Shown one piece after another: positions 1 through 11,966 of a DNA stretch of 64,000 bases. Under the pieces are notes generated by a model. The model was not told the origin of the DNA and did no database searches. It saw nothing but the letters and a program-made list of their open reading frames with translations. Source of the stretch: Podarcis filfolensis (lineage: Eukaryota); assembly GCA_964270895.1 (NCBI GenBank), contig OZ185439.1; one strand, written 5' to 3'. A program made the translations under genes and the position numbers. Position 1 is the first letter of the stretch; every line of letters begins with the position of its first letter.

Positions 1-31
1 CATTAGGAAGGCCGGAGTTTGCCTATGCCTG
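1..31. mobile_element. Right end of a short hAT-type MITE cut by the window edge
   Basis: gagtttgcctatgcctg matches the terminus of the TSD-flanked MITE at 34891-34999 and is followed by gtctaaac (32-39), which fits an 8-bp hAT target site. Confidence 0.6.
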
Positions 32-842
32 GTCTAAACATAGTAAGTTCCAGGAGCTTCCTTTTGCGTTCTGTCATCTCTTTCATCCAGAAGGAGAGGG
101 ATCCTACTAAAGATATTATTTCATTTTCTCCGAAGGGCAGTTCAGTACATACTTGCACATCCTGTCTATTGCCAAGACTCTCACAAACTTATTTCCCTTC
201 CAGTTTGTCATGATGGTGTTGGTGGATACCTCATTCTTCAGAACAATAAGATCCCCTTTTTTCTGTACCAGGACTTTCTTGTTCCTGGAAGTCCATTTTG
301 GGAAGATGAGGAAAGCATATAAAATGAATTCAGTTGTTTAAAATTAAGTATCCTAAATGCAATGTACCAAATGCATCCCCTCTTCAGGGGTGGCATTGCA
401 CTCCTGATTACACTTCCTTTGTTTGCTTTATTCTGGTACATGCATATTCAGTCAAGACCCCACATTAATGAAGTTATCCAGGGCAGGCATCCACTTAGCA
501 CTTTTGAAGTGGTTATTAAATGGTACCCCTTAGTCATTGCAATTTGCCCTTGCATAGGATCTTAGTCCTGTTGAGCCATCATAGCCCCTCCTTCAGATGG
601 CTTGTAATGTTTTGTATTCAGCTTATGGCATTGACAGAGTAGTTATTTTGTGTGATTTTTGGCTAGCTTATGGCGAATTGCTCAGGTAACACCCTTCCTG
701 AAACAAAGGCGTGTCCTACTCAGAGTGATGTTATTAAGTTTATATGAACTGACTGGACTTGCTAAAACAAATGATCTACATCTCTCCCCACTTGTGTCCT
801 ATATAATAGCAGTTTCCTCCTTCTCCTTGAGAGCCAATGTCT

Positions 843-1040
843 TATAGTGGTTAGTGTCAAGACCAGGACTGAGGAGAAGTACATTCAAATCCCTACTCAG
901 CCATGGAGCTCAGAGGGTGATCTTAGACAAATCACAAATTCTTGACTTAGCCTACCTCACAGGGCTGTTGTGAAGAAAAATGAAGTGGGGAGGAGCACCT
1001 TGTATGCTGCCTTGAGTTTCTTGAAGGATAAAAATAACAA
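843..1040 (+). mobile_element. Decayed MIR-like (CORE) SINE
   Basis: tRNA-like head (tagtggttagtg ... ttcaaatccc) followed by a MIR-core-like tagcctacctcacagggctgttgtgaag. Recognised by eye; boundaries approximate. Confidence 0.45.
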
Positions 1041-1684
1041 TGTAGTAGTTTGTATACAGCCACAAGGAAGACTTCAGCAAGTTCTGTAGCTTCATATTGA
1101 AGCCAACCATGTTCAAGCTGCATCCTGCCTAACTTCTGTAATGTGTCTTTAGCAGATCTGTCACTGGAACTCTGGCACATTTGATCTGGTGCCCAATGAG
1201 AGAATTTTCCAAACAGCCCTAAGGTCATTTTAGAAGGGCTCCATTTGTGTGATTTTTGGATAGTATAATCAGATAGGGCTATAAGTGAGAACCAAATCTC
1301 ATTAGTAATGTTTGAAGTCCTTCCACAGAGGCCCTGTGAATATAAGCAATTGATTCATCCCTTCTCTTGAACTACCATGCTGTAGACAAAAAGTTGCATG
1401 GACTTGATCTGCATACCCTCCTCCATGGACATGTACTGTATAGGTTTCTGCCTTCATGTGAACTGTGAACTGTGGCAAAAATACTATGCATTATCAGTTA
1501 GTGTGACTGGCAAGGCACAGAGCTCCACTGATGGCAACCAAATTCAAGGCCCTTCCCCAACTTAGGATCTCGATGTATGGTAAGGAAATGGTACAATAAA
1601 TGGTAACTTGATTAAGAATGAACTGTCATTATTTTAAGTAATATTAGAAATTTTAACTTTATGACCCATCTTCCATGTCTCTAG

Positions 1685-1872
1685 GGGTTGTAGAAGGTGA
1701 CTTAGCTGCTATTGAAGCATACAAGTCGTCAGGAGGAGATATTGCACGCCAGCTTTCTGCAGATGAAGTACGCTTGTTAAATCGCCCTTCCGCTTTTGAT
1801 GTGGGATACACACTTGTTCATCTTGCTATACGTTTTCAAAGACAAGATATGCTAGCAATTCTGCTTACAGAG
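1685..1872 (+). CDS. ZRANB1: ZRANB1/TRABID coding exon (first in window; AnkUBD region, GVVEGDLAAIEAYKSSGGDIARQL...MLAILLTE)
   Basis: Acceptor ctag at 1681-1684, donor GTGAGT at 1873; 188 nt, phase 1 to 0. Translation matches vertebrate TRABID as I recall it. Confidence 0.97.
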
Positions 1873-2099
1873 GTGAGTTTTCACTTTTGCTGGTATGTGT
1901 GCTTATGGGAGTCTCTGCATCTGGTTCCAGAGACAAATGAAGCATCAGCAGGGAATTTAATGAGAGTAGTGCTGAAGCCTTGGTGGTCAGTTTGATCCTT
2001 CTTGGTGAGGTATACCAGAGAGGTATATGAATAAGATGAATGGTGCCAATACCAATAGAGATTTTGCTGTCCCTTAGTCTTATCCTCTGTTTCCTGTTG

Positions 2100-2430
2100 T
2101 TGTTTGTTTTATTCAGTTTATATACTACCCTTTATTAAAAGATCCCAGAGTGGTGTGCAACATTAAGAACACATTTTACGGAGCACAATAATAAAAACTA
2201 TAATAATAGTCTGTGTAATAATAAAACAACAATAATAACAGCAAACCCCCCCTCCACTTTAAGAGGCCATAGATTATTTAATAGCCAAAGGCCTGGGTAA
2301 AGAGGAATGTTTTTGCCTGGTTCCTAAAGACATGTAATGCCAGGTGAGCCTCTCTGGGAAAAGCCTTCCACAGATGGGGAGCCACCACCAAAAAGCCCTG
2401 TTTGGGTTGAGTGAATGTGTGGCTCTCCAG
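2100..2430 (-). mobile_element. Decayed L2-clade LINE 3' end
   Basis: The minus strand has a degenerate ORF2 C-terminal segment (RAFWWWLPICG, resembling RAFSVVAPxLW) followed by a T-rich 3' UTR and an A-rich tail. Boundaries approximate. Confidence 0.5.
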
Positions 2431-3791
2431 AAGTTGTTGGACTCTTTAGTTCCCATGAGCCATAGCCTGCATTGCCAATAGTTGAGAGTGATGAGAGTTT
2501 TATTGTACTGGATTGTCCACATCTACTGGGTTATTTACTAACAGAAATTATTCACAGTGGTTGATGAGGAAACACTGGTTCTTCCTGAGCAAAGCTTTGC
2601 TCTTCTGTATCTTTAACAATTCTTATTAAATTTATAACAGTATAATTCCAGAGCAACTTACAGCATCAAACAAATACATAATTAAACTTCTGTGAAAACA
2701 CTAAAAATGAAACAGTCTTTTCAGAGGTTAGAAGTCCTTGGGAAAGGTCTTCAACTGGCTCTAAAAAGACATCAAAGTGGTTGCTGGATGGCATGTTTGC
2801 AATCAAGAAAGGTCCCCAGTTTCTACCTGCCCCAGCTTAGATGACAATGACACGCAGAGATAGGCCTCTGAAAATGACCACAGTGCACAGGCAGGTTGAT
2901 GTGGTGTAGCTTTACAAGTATCAAGCCATGTAGAGCTTTTAAAAACATTTTGAAATGTTCTCCAAAATAGATGGTGGAGCACTGGAGAAATATTCCAAGA
3001 ATGTGTTATGTTCATTGAAGGGATTGCTCTGACTTTAGCATTGTAGTTAACTTTCAATAAGTGAAATGAATAAATCCAAGACACTACCAGGCTAGGCAGA
3101 AAGGGACAATGGAGCTGTGTATTTATGGACTACTTCACACCGGACATGGTTTCTATATGGAGGTAATCTCAGTGTAGGAAATACATTCCTTGTGAAGCAG
3201 TCCTGGATACCCTACCATGTGAGGGACTTTGATACAGCTGTAAACTACATCTTAGCTGTGTTTTATATTAGGAACACATTAATTCATGTATTCACTAGAT
3301 ATGGACAGAAATCAGGGCTGCTAAAACTACCTTCTTGTTTTGTTTCTGAAGGAATGATGCCGGTTAGTTCAAAGACTTATCCAATGCTGGCAGCTCTTTC
3401 TAGGAACTCAGTTTCAATTGATCACAGAGTAGCATTTAAGCTATGGAAGAAGTGACATACATCTCCTCAAAACCTAGTTCACTCTTTGGATAGTTTTGTC
3501 CTTCCTGCAAAGAGCTCGGGTTGGTATCCATGCAGGCACCCCCCTTTCCCTCTCACAGGGGTAGGTTAGACTACAAGTGCATTACTGCCCTGTGATCACC
3601 CAGCAACCTATATGTCTGAGCAGGAGTCAGAAGTGAGATGCCTCTGTTCCCAATCCACCATTCTAGTAATGCAGAACATTGGGTCTTACTGTTACTGTCA
3701 GCTGTCCTTGGGTGGGGGGTTTTCTTACGTTTTAGCAGGTGTGGTCCATTTCTCTCTTAAATTAATAACATCATGAAATATCCTGTTACAG

Positions 3792-3945
3792 GTATCCCAA
3801 CATGCAGCTAAGTGCATTCCAGCTATGGTATGCCCAGAGCTTACTGAGCAAATCCGACGTGAAATTGCTGCATCTCTTCATCAGCGGAAGGGAGACTTTG
3901 CCTGCTATTTCCTAACTGACCTTGTAACATTTACATTACCTGCAG
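3792..3945 (+). CDS. ZRANB1: ZRANB1 coding exon (VSQHAAKCIPAMVCPELTEQIRREIAASLHQRKGDFACYFLTDLVTFTLPA)
   Basis: Acceptor cag 3789-3791, donor GTAATT at 3946; 154 nt, phase 0 to 1. Confidence 0.97.
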
Positions 3946-4220
3946 GTAATTATGAGGGGCTTCTTTTATCTGTTATCTTGTCCTTAGCAGATAAATGGGT
4001 GTATGAAATTGCCCACTTCTGACTACTTCTTATACTTCCTCAACAGAAGTGCTGTAGGTTTTGAAAAATCTTCATTCATTAAGCTTCTTGACTACACATG
4101 GAGTAAATTTCAGATGAGAGGAAACTTCAGGAGAAAGACTGTTGTCACAGTTCCTTTATATTAACATTGAAATTACTTTGAGACTCATTCCTGTACTCTT
4201 TAGGCTAGTACTCTTTAGGC

Positions 4221-4762
4221 TAAGGTCACCAGATTTTTTTTCAAAGAATCCAGATTTTTTTGAAAAGAGAAAAAAAAGTTATTTAAAAAAGTGTTTTTGT
4301 TTTTTTAAAAAAAGCAATATCTTCTCTTCTGTGGGCAGTTGGCTGGGTGGCTGGGCGCTCTCTCTTCCGGCTCGATTTGGGTTGCAGCGGGAGGGGGGTC
4401 AGCGGTTCCCCCAGTTGACGTACAGGGTGTCCCCTGTTCCCCCTTGGCAGTGGCAGTGGCAGCAGCAGTCTCAGCAGCCCGGAGCCAGCCTGGTAGCACA
4501 GTTGGCTCTGGCTGGCTTCAGGAGCTGCTCGCTGCCATGGCGCCTGCCATTTTGCCTCACTGGAAGTCCGCATATAATGTGTCTTGTGCCGTTGAACCAA
4601 TCACACAACATTCATTCCCTACTAAGAAATCTGTAACACTTAAAATATAAATCCGGGGACATTAAATGAAATCTGGGGGCATTCTGGGGACGGATTTTGT
4701 CCGGGGACAGATTTTTAAATCCGGGGACTGTCCCCGGGAAATGGGGACATCAGGTAACCATA
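4221..4762 (-). mobile_element. Non-autonomous hAT element (Blackjack/MER81-like termini), 542 bp
   Basis: TIRs TAAGGTCACCAGAT (4221) and ATCAGGTAACCATA (ends 4762); perfect 8-bp TSD ctttaggc at 4213-4220 and 4763-4770; subterminal ccggggac repeats. Strand is assigned relative to the copy at 6242. Confidence 0.85.
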
Positions 4763-6176
4763 CTTTAGGCCTATATTATAGTCTTGGATTCAAACTGTTT
4801 TGTTAGTAAATACCTTTATCATGGAAATATTTTAAATTCTGATACTGTACACCTGCCTGAGATCACTGTAGCTGTAAAATAACCAGAATTCTGCTGCTGA
4901 CTTCATTCTACTGCTGCACAGCAAAGAAATTGCTGAGTTCTGAAGAGCATTCAGTTGCGATTGCACAATTGGTATAGTACAAGGGTGGGGAACCTTTTGT
5001 CTGATGAGGGATGCATACCAGCAGTGGACAAAGCTGCAGCTAATGATGACTGGAGCCAGAGAGAAAATATTTATGTCTGTGTTCCTTAGCTTACTAGGGA
5101 GATCTGCTCTGGGAAACCTACTTCTCCATAAGGGTCTGTTGGAGCAGGTATTGAAGCCCCTTTGCTCAGCGTGAAGTAGTGCAGCTCCAACATAGAAATG
5201 AATGTGACGATAGTTCAGTCCGTATGACAGGAGCAATTGTGGCAAAAGTTGGGAGTATGTGAGTTTCTGAAAGCCCTCACAATAGCATCAGCATGTGATG
5301 GGTACAGTTCTCTGTGTCCCATTTGGCTCCATTACAGACAGACCGGAAAAAAGAGAGAATAAATTGGGCTCAGAGAATGTATGCCTCAAAGGCCCTGAGG
5401 CCTCCCTGCACCCTGGGTCCCAGACTCAAAGGATAGCTAATTACTGTTTGTTTCCCTTCAGCCTGAACTCCTAACTGAGGTGACCAGATAGCTGAGAGTT
5501 GGCATCTGTATATTTCCAATGGTGCCAACATTTCAGTGAAGTGTGGTTCCTTTCTCCCACCAGTTTCTGAATATTTTTGCAGAGCTTGGACTTAAAAAAA
5601 AAGAAAGAAAAAGCACTCACTTGTATAACTTGAGGAAACTCTCCAGTATGTAGGGACCATTTCTGCTTTGAAACTATTTTTGTAGCAATTGTACGTGAGT
5701 AGTGACCTCATAAACACAGAATCCCTGTGTTTCTGTTACTGCAGAGAATTGCTTGATGCTAAAGATAGTATTTTAAAGAGGAAAACGGCCATAGCTTTTC
5801 TAAAAACAGAAACATTCCTTTTCTCCAACTGTACGTGTTGTACTTAATTTGTTCTGATTCACTAGATCATGTAATGCGAAATAGTCTTGACTGCTCTAGT
5901 AAGTGAAAATAATTACATTTAGTGTATCTCTTTTGGTAAGTGGGATGAGATAGGGAAGGAAACATGCATGGTGTTACTTGAAGATATAACGTAGAGCTCT
6001 AACAATTGAGAAACTTCAGTCTTCTTTTCCTAATTTTGTTTTGTTTGAAAATGCCACTGCATCACAGAACTGATAAATATATTGCATTTCCTATATTAAA
6101 TTTCCTACACAGAGATGCATACCTGTGTGGGAGACGTATGAGCTTGAATGTTTTTTTCTATTGAAGGCACCCTAAT

Positions 6177-6955
6177 CAGACATACGAAGCTGCCTTAGAC
6201 AAGTCAGACTACTGGTCCACCTAGCACAATGTTGTTTACACTAGGGTTACCAGATGTCCCAGTTTCCCGGGGACGGTCCCCAGATTTGTGAATAAGTCCC
6301 CAGACAAATTCCATCCCTGGAATGTCCCCGGATTTCATCTAATGTCCCCGGGAAACGCAGCAGCGGCAGTCTCAGCAGCCCGGAGCAGTTGGCTCTGGCT
6401 GGCTTCAGGAGCTGCTCGAAGTCCCCATATGATGGTGGTGCAGGGGCTCTAAGATGCAGCTTCCGGGCTGCCTCCACCTTCCCTGACCCCAGCAACTAAG
6501 CTGTGAAGGGAGGCTTCATGCTGCCTATCGGAGTAGCCTCCCAACTTCTACTTGCATAGAAGCAGGAGCGGGGCGGGGATCTCTCCCTTCCCAGCTGAGG
6601 GATCCCTGCCCCCTCCTGCTTGCATGCAAGTAAGAATGGGATTGGGGATGCTCTGATGGCCTCACCGCCGCGGCTCTTGGCCCTCCTTCTCCGCCTTCCA
6701 TGCCTGACCCACTGCGCATCGCTTCACCACCACCACCACTGAAGAACCGACAACTCAAGGGTTGCCCAGGCTCATGGAGAAAGGAGATAGAAGCCTCGGA
6801 GGAAAATGTGGCGGTTGAGGTCAAGGCAGCGGCCAACCCTCTGTTGTCCCTGGATTCATTGAAAAAAATCTGGTAACCTTAGTTTGCACTGTCTGGCAGA
6901 GGCTCTCCAGGCTCTCCTGGGACTATTTGCTCTACCACTGAGCTACAGCTCTCCC
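6177..6955 (-). mobile_element. Squam3-like SINE split in two (about 6177-6241 and 6890-6955) by the hAT element
   Basis: The left piece (gaacatacgaagctgcctta...) is the reverse complement of the SINE tail and the right piece ends in the reverse-complement tRNA-like head (ctctaccactgagctacagc). The two pieces are collinear with the intact copy at 33383-33571. Confidence 0.7.
6242..6881 (+). mobile_element. Non-autonomous hAT element (Blackjack/MER81-like termini), 640 bp
   Basis: TIRs TAGGGTTACCAGAT (6242-6255) and ATCTGGTAACCTTA (6868-6881); 8-bp TSD gtttacac (6234-6241) / gtttgcac (6882-6889). Confidence 0.85.
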
Positions 6956-7767
6956 AGCACTCAGCTACACGCATTGGCTGCCTCACTTGTATACCCAATA
7001 CATGTTTTATTCTGGATGGGGAAAGCAATATGATTGCTATGTAGATGATTATCAGGATTGTAGCCTTAAGAACATTTAGGCATTTTAAGTTCCAATTTTA
7101 ACATATCCTGCACCAGTGAGGAATGTTGCAGTTGGCAACATCAAAACTTTATCATCAAAACTTGCCAGGTGACAGCAGCAATGGATAAGTTTTGTGTGCC
7201 CTCCATTCGACCCTAACATGCTGCTCTGGTGTCATCCTGAGGTGGCATTCCTGCAAAATGCATGCCTGATGCATTTTGATAGGGATGTGAGGAGCTCTGG
7301 GAAATACTTTTGTCAAGGTTTCTGGCATCTGGGCTGCTGCTGGAGCAGTTTACTAGGACCCAATGAAGAAACTCTGTCCTGCAAGCCGCCTCCCCACTGT
7401 AACTCCTAGGTAAGTTTCTTTAGCATGGTGGAAGTGTGGCATGGTGGAAGTGCTGGACCTCATTGATCTCCTGGCATTAGGGATACAGTGGGGCCCAATG
7501 TTCTAAGTGGGCTTCGAAATGAAACTTTTTTTGTCTTGTTTTTGAGTGTGGGGAGCATAGTTAGGATTAGTTGAGATTGGAGCCATAATTTCATATAGAG
7601 AAATTATAAAGCATTTCACATAGTGTACTTGCGCTGGTTTGTTCTACCTCTTTCTTGGGACTAAAGGGCTGTTTCACTTGGTGTGATTGTCATGTGAATA
7701 GCTGTTCATATGGAATATGTGGATTCTAGAGTTCAATCATTTGTCATGCTCATTCTTGGTTTTGCAG

Positions 7768-7839
7768 ATATTGAAGACTTGCCACCAACAGTCCAAGAGA
7801 AATTATTTGATGAAGTACTTGATAGAGATGTTCAAAAAG
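7768..7839 (+). CDS. ZRANB1: ZRANB1 coding exon (DIEDLPPTVQEKLFDEVLDRDVQK)
   Basis: Acceptor tttgcag ends 7767, donor GTAAAT at 7840; 72 nt, phase 1 to 1. Confidence 0.97.
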
Positions 7840-8411
7840 GTAAATATGGTATCTCCGTTATGCAAGGTTTTATATTATGTTGCATTGGATATTGTATCTT
7901 GATGTTCTGCATAATATTTGCTATTTTATTTTACTTACATACATGGTGAGATGCTTATTGTTGCTTAATTATGTTACTTAAAGTGGAATTTATCATTATT
8001 AATATTATTAGCAGTAGTATTATGAATGGAATACAAAAATGATATATTCATGTTAAGATATGTAAACCACTTACAGATTTCTGTTGAAATGTACAGTGGT
8101 GTGCAAGTTATTCATAGATACCTGATTGTTTTTGATAGCCTGCCCTGAGAAAACTGAAGTGTCAGTTGTTAGGTTTTATGGGAGTATTAATAGAAATATA
8201 TGAAAGTCTGTACTATGATAGTCATAACTGAGTTGTACATTTGCATGCATGCCACCATAACTGTATTCATGATTATGAAAGGAACTTCATTGCTGTATTC
8301 TGCTAATCATTCTAGAATTTCAAAAGCACGTACACTAGTATCTTGAAATGCAACAGGTATTTTTTTGTAGGATTTAGGATGATTAACATTGTGTTGCTTG
8401 TTATCTTCTAG

Positions 8412-8610
8412 AACTTGAAGAAGAATCTCCCATTATAAACTGGTCACTGGAATTGGGTACGCGTTTGGACAGTAGACTTTATGCACTTTGGAATCGGACT
8501 GCAGGGGACTGCCTGCTTGATTCAGTACTACAAGCTACATGGGGCATTTATGATAAGGACTCGGTGCTACGTAAAGCGCTTCATGACAGTTTACATGATT
8601 GTTCTCATTG
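8412..8610 (+). CDS. ZRANB1: ZRANB1 coding exon, OTU domain with catalytic Cys (ELEEESPIINWSLELGTRLDSRLYALWNRTAGDCLLDSVLQATW...DCSHW)
   Basis: Acceptor tctag ends 8411, donor GTAAGT at 8611; 199 nt, phase 1 to 2. Catalytic Cys codon TGC at 8510-8512 (GDC motif). Too short for the ORF track; translated by hand. Confidence 0.97.
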
Positions 8611-10228
8611 GTAAGTAGAAATCATGAACGAAAATGACCATAGCTTATTCAGATGTCTTATCTTGAAAAAATGCAAGCTTCTTTGTTAAGACTACCTGGA
8701 TACTTGCTGCTGTCATAGGATGGAGGAAGGAATTTGGAGGATTTCTGCTTCAGTGGCTTGGAATCTTATACAAAATTGCCTTTCTGGCATCTATGGAGAA
8801 AAAGTCTGTGTTGTACCATTAAAATAGTATAATTGATCAATCAGTTCAAAATGGCTTTTGTCCAATGCAATTTATATAAAGTTGTTACTGAAGTAATCAT
8901 GTCATCTTCGCTGCTTGTTGCTGTCCTCGTAAATATCTGGGCTCTGGAAAATGTCACAAACCTCTGATTACATAGCTCCAAACCATATCACTCGCTTAAC
9001 TAGAATTGCTGTGCAAAATATTTTCATTATGTGAACTTTGAATCTGGTATATTGATTACCATAGAGCTGCAGACTACAACTTCACTATGGATTGGAGGTG
9101 ATTCTTCGTACAGCATGCCAAACTACTTCTCTTGAAGTGTGAACATCCTAAAATCAATAGGAGAGGAAAATTAATTGGGACTGGTTTAATCAGTTAACGG
9201 GGCATCTGGAACTGGGAAATGATTTGGGGAGGTAATAGTTTGGGTGTTTAGTAGCTGAGACTCAGACCTCACTTTTATCTTGGTTTGTGGCCTTGGTTCT
9301 CAATCTGGTGTGGCACTGATTCCAGCCATGATCAGCCAAATCACTCTTATGAGGGCAACAGTGTGTTACTGTTTCCTTTAGCAACTCTCATGCATAGCTA
9401 TACCTATTCTGAACATGGAAATTCCAGTAAGTTATAATGATTAATAGAAACTTATATAGATGGAGTAGGTAGCACTGATGGAAGTTGGTGTCAGAATTGC
9501 TTCGGAGTCAGTGGCTATGCATTACCCCAGTTTGTAAAGGCATCACCTACCACTGCTATGAGTTCTAAATATCTAGGCAAGGTCTTGGATCAACAATATC
9601 TCTTCTTTCATGTGTGATTTCTGTCCTCCTCCTCCAGCCATACCTTCTCCCATTGAATACTAAGATAGGTAGTTCTGCTTCACTCTTCAAGATTTCTCCC
9701 ACCTACCCACTCCTGGTACATTCTGCCTACAATCCACTCTCTTGAAGATGGTCACAGATGCTCAGCCAGACAAAGAACCCAGTTATAGGCCTATTACAGC
9801 CACTACACACTAAAGAAGGCACATCACAACAATTAATCTCCAGTTGAACTCCTTTCACAGGCATTCCACCCCATCTCTTACCTGGGGCATTGCAGACATA
9901 CCATGTCCATTGCTTCCCACTCAGGGGATGCTAACTCCCAGGTTATCCAATGTGAACATAAAAAAAACCTTGTACTAATTCAGACAAGAGATGCTAAATG
10001 AGCTATGTTTCAACCAAATACTATATATATACTTCTCAGGATTTGGCATTTATTGTTCAATTTTTTATTCAACTTCTCTCCCGTAAAATACCTGGCTGAA
10101 GTAGCAAGAAAAGTATTGTGTGTTGTGTGTGAATCTGAAGAAATCCACTTTCAGCGAAAGCTTGCATAGTTCGGTACAATCTTGAATTATGAAAATGCAT
10201 CTTGAGTCCTTTTATGCTATTTTTGTAG

Positions 10229-10349
10229 GTTCTATACCCGATGGAAAGAATGGGAGTCATGGTACTCCCAAAGCTTTGGTTTACACTTCTCACTGCGAGA
10301 AGAACAGTGGCAGGAAGACTGGGCATTTATACTTTCGCTTGCTAGTCAG
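10229..10349 (+). CDS. ZRANB1: ZRANB1 coding exon (WFYTRWKEWESWYSQSFGLHFSLREEQWQEDWAFILSLASQ)
   Basis: Acceptor ttttgtag ends 10228, donor GTAAGA at 10350; 121 nt, phase 2 to 0. Confidence 0.97.
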
Positions 10350-10353
10350 GTAA

Positions 10354-10356
<3 letters not shown>

Positions 10357-10392
<36 letters not shown>
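10357..10392 (+). repeat. (GT)18 microsatellite
   Basis: Directly visible; begins 7 nt into the intron after the 10349 exon end. Confidence 0.95.
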
Positions 10393-10395
<3 letters not shown>

Positions 10396-11233
10396 AAAAA
10401 AGCATGGGGAAGCACAGTTTAAAAGTTACTTGTATTTTATGTTCATAGCTGTGGTTTTTCTATCTATTTTGCTCCTATTTATTTGAATCTTACGGTTAGT
10501 ATTTATGTGTTTCTGTTCTTGACTGACATATTCTCAGTTTAAAAGTTACTGATGGCTTGGATGTGGCAGGACCATTTCGGATTGTTTTCAATCCTGCTTG
10601 GGTATATTTTTCCAAAGTTTTTGTCTGTTGTAAGAATATGATGTTGGACTGAGTTGGCCTTTGGTCTGATCTAGTAGGACTCTACTTAAGGCCTATCTTG
10701 CTCTAGCATCTTATTTTCCACAGCGGCTAATCAAATGTCTATGGAGACCCTAAAGGTGGGACTTGAGGGCAAGTATCTCTCTCCTGCTGTTGTTTCCCAG
10801 TGACTGAAATTCAGAGGTACAGTGCCTCTGTCCTGGAGGTATTATATAGAAGTCAAGACCGGTAGATAATTTCATCATGCATGCATTTGTCTTATGCACA
10901 AATGATCATTTAGCATTTTTCATTCTGAGTACTTTTACGTCACAAAATAAAACAAATGTGACATGAAGTAAAAGGCAAATGAGTAGGACCTCCAGAATAG
11001 AAGCCCTTATTCTGCTTCATTGTAATTGCCACTGTGGTACTGAAGAGGCATATGAGATTTCATAATTGGTCACATTTTACTGTAATGTTAAAATTTCTTC
11101 TCTGTTGAAAATACAGTCTTGTATAGTAATTAGTACACAGAAATTTCAGATAAATTGATGTTTTTGGGCAAGGCTAAAAATATAAGGGTCCCTGAAGAAA
11201 CATGTCCTTGTTTGTTACTTTTACCCTCTTAGC

Positions 11234-11519
11234 CAGGGCTTGGAAAGGTTTACCTCGCCTGGGCTGATTCACTCCAGCGGGGATCCCTCTGTGGGCCGGA
11301 TTGTGAGCGTGTGCGGCCGCGATTTCCGCCACCTCCGCAGATGTGATTTTCGGCGTCTGAGCATGCGCAGACGCGATTTTCGGCACCACGGAAGCAATTC
11401 GCCACACGACACCAGTTTAGCGCAGCACACGGGCAGCTCATTCAGGGGCAGCTTGTGGGCCGGTTAAATGACCCCTCTGGGCCGCTTGTGGCCCATGGGC
11501 CTTAGGTTGCCTACCCCCG
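11234..11519. mobile_element. hAT (Charlie-like) MITE, 286 bp, CpG-rich
   Basis: Perfect 8-bp TSD ctcttagc at 11226-11233 and 11520-11527; right TIR aggttgcctacccccg; left TIR degenerate (cagggcttggaaaggt). Confidence 0.8.
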
Positions 11520-11836
11520 CTCTTAGCTATTGTTCATAGAAGGGCAAATCTGACTAAAAGTAGACAGAATTGGTAGCTGAATCTTGTGGATTTATTTTGG
11601 CCCCTCCCCCATAATAATTTAAGCACCAACCCAGTGATGCTTGCATATACTTACTGGATAATTAAAGCTTTCAAAATGCAAACAATTCCAAAAATAATTG
11701 ATATGTAATTAACATCTGAACAATGTTCATGACTTCAGTTACATGAACATTTTGCTGAAATCAAAGGCTCAGTCAATTGGTCTGTCTCATGTGATAGATA
11801 TCATTTTTATTTCAAGTGTTATTCTCTTTGATACAG

Positions 11837-11966
11837 CCTGGAGCAAGTTTGGAACAGACACACATTTTTGTACTTGCACATATTCTTAGAAGACCAATTA
11901 TAGTTTATGGAGTAAAATATTATAAGAGTTTCCGAGGAGAAACTTTAGGATATACCCGTTTTCAAG
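11837..11966 (+). CDS. ZRANB1: ZRANB1 coding exon (PGASLEQTHIFVLAHILRRPIIVYGVKYYKSFRGETLGYTRFQ)
   Basis: Acceptor atacag ends 11836, donor GTAAGT at 11967; 130 nt, phase 0 to 1. Confidence 0.97.

Noticed and set aside
4142-4650. Four overlapping ORFs of 64-164 aa
   Set aside because: They lie largely within a TSD-flanked MITE, are low-complexity and show no transposase or other protein similarity I recognise.
6247-6836. Minus-strand ORFs of 82 and 103 aa
   Set aside because: Inside the second hAT MITE; GC-rich stop-poor sequence with no DDE or dimerisation motif.
7423-7452. Direct repeat of gcatggtggaagtg
   Set aside because: A 16-bp-period two-copy duplication typical of slippage; no array or spacer structure.
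11174-11467. Three GC-rich ORFs and an apparent CpG island
   Set aside because: Explained by the 11234-11519 MITE with its perfect TSD.
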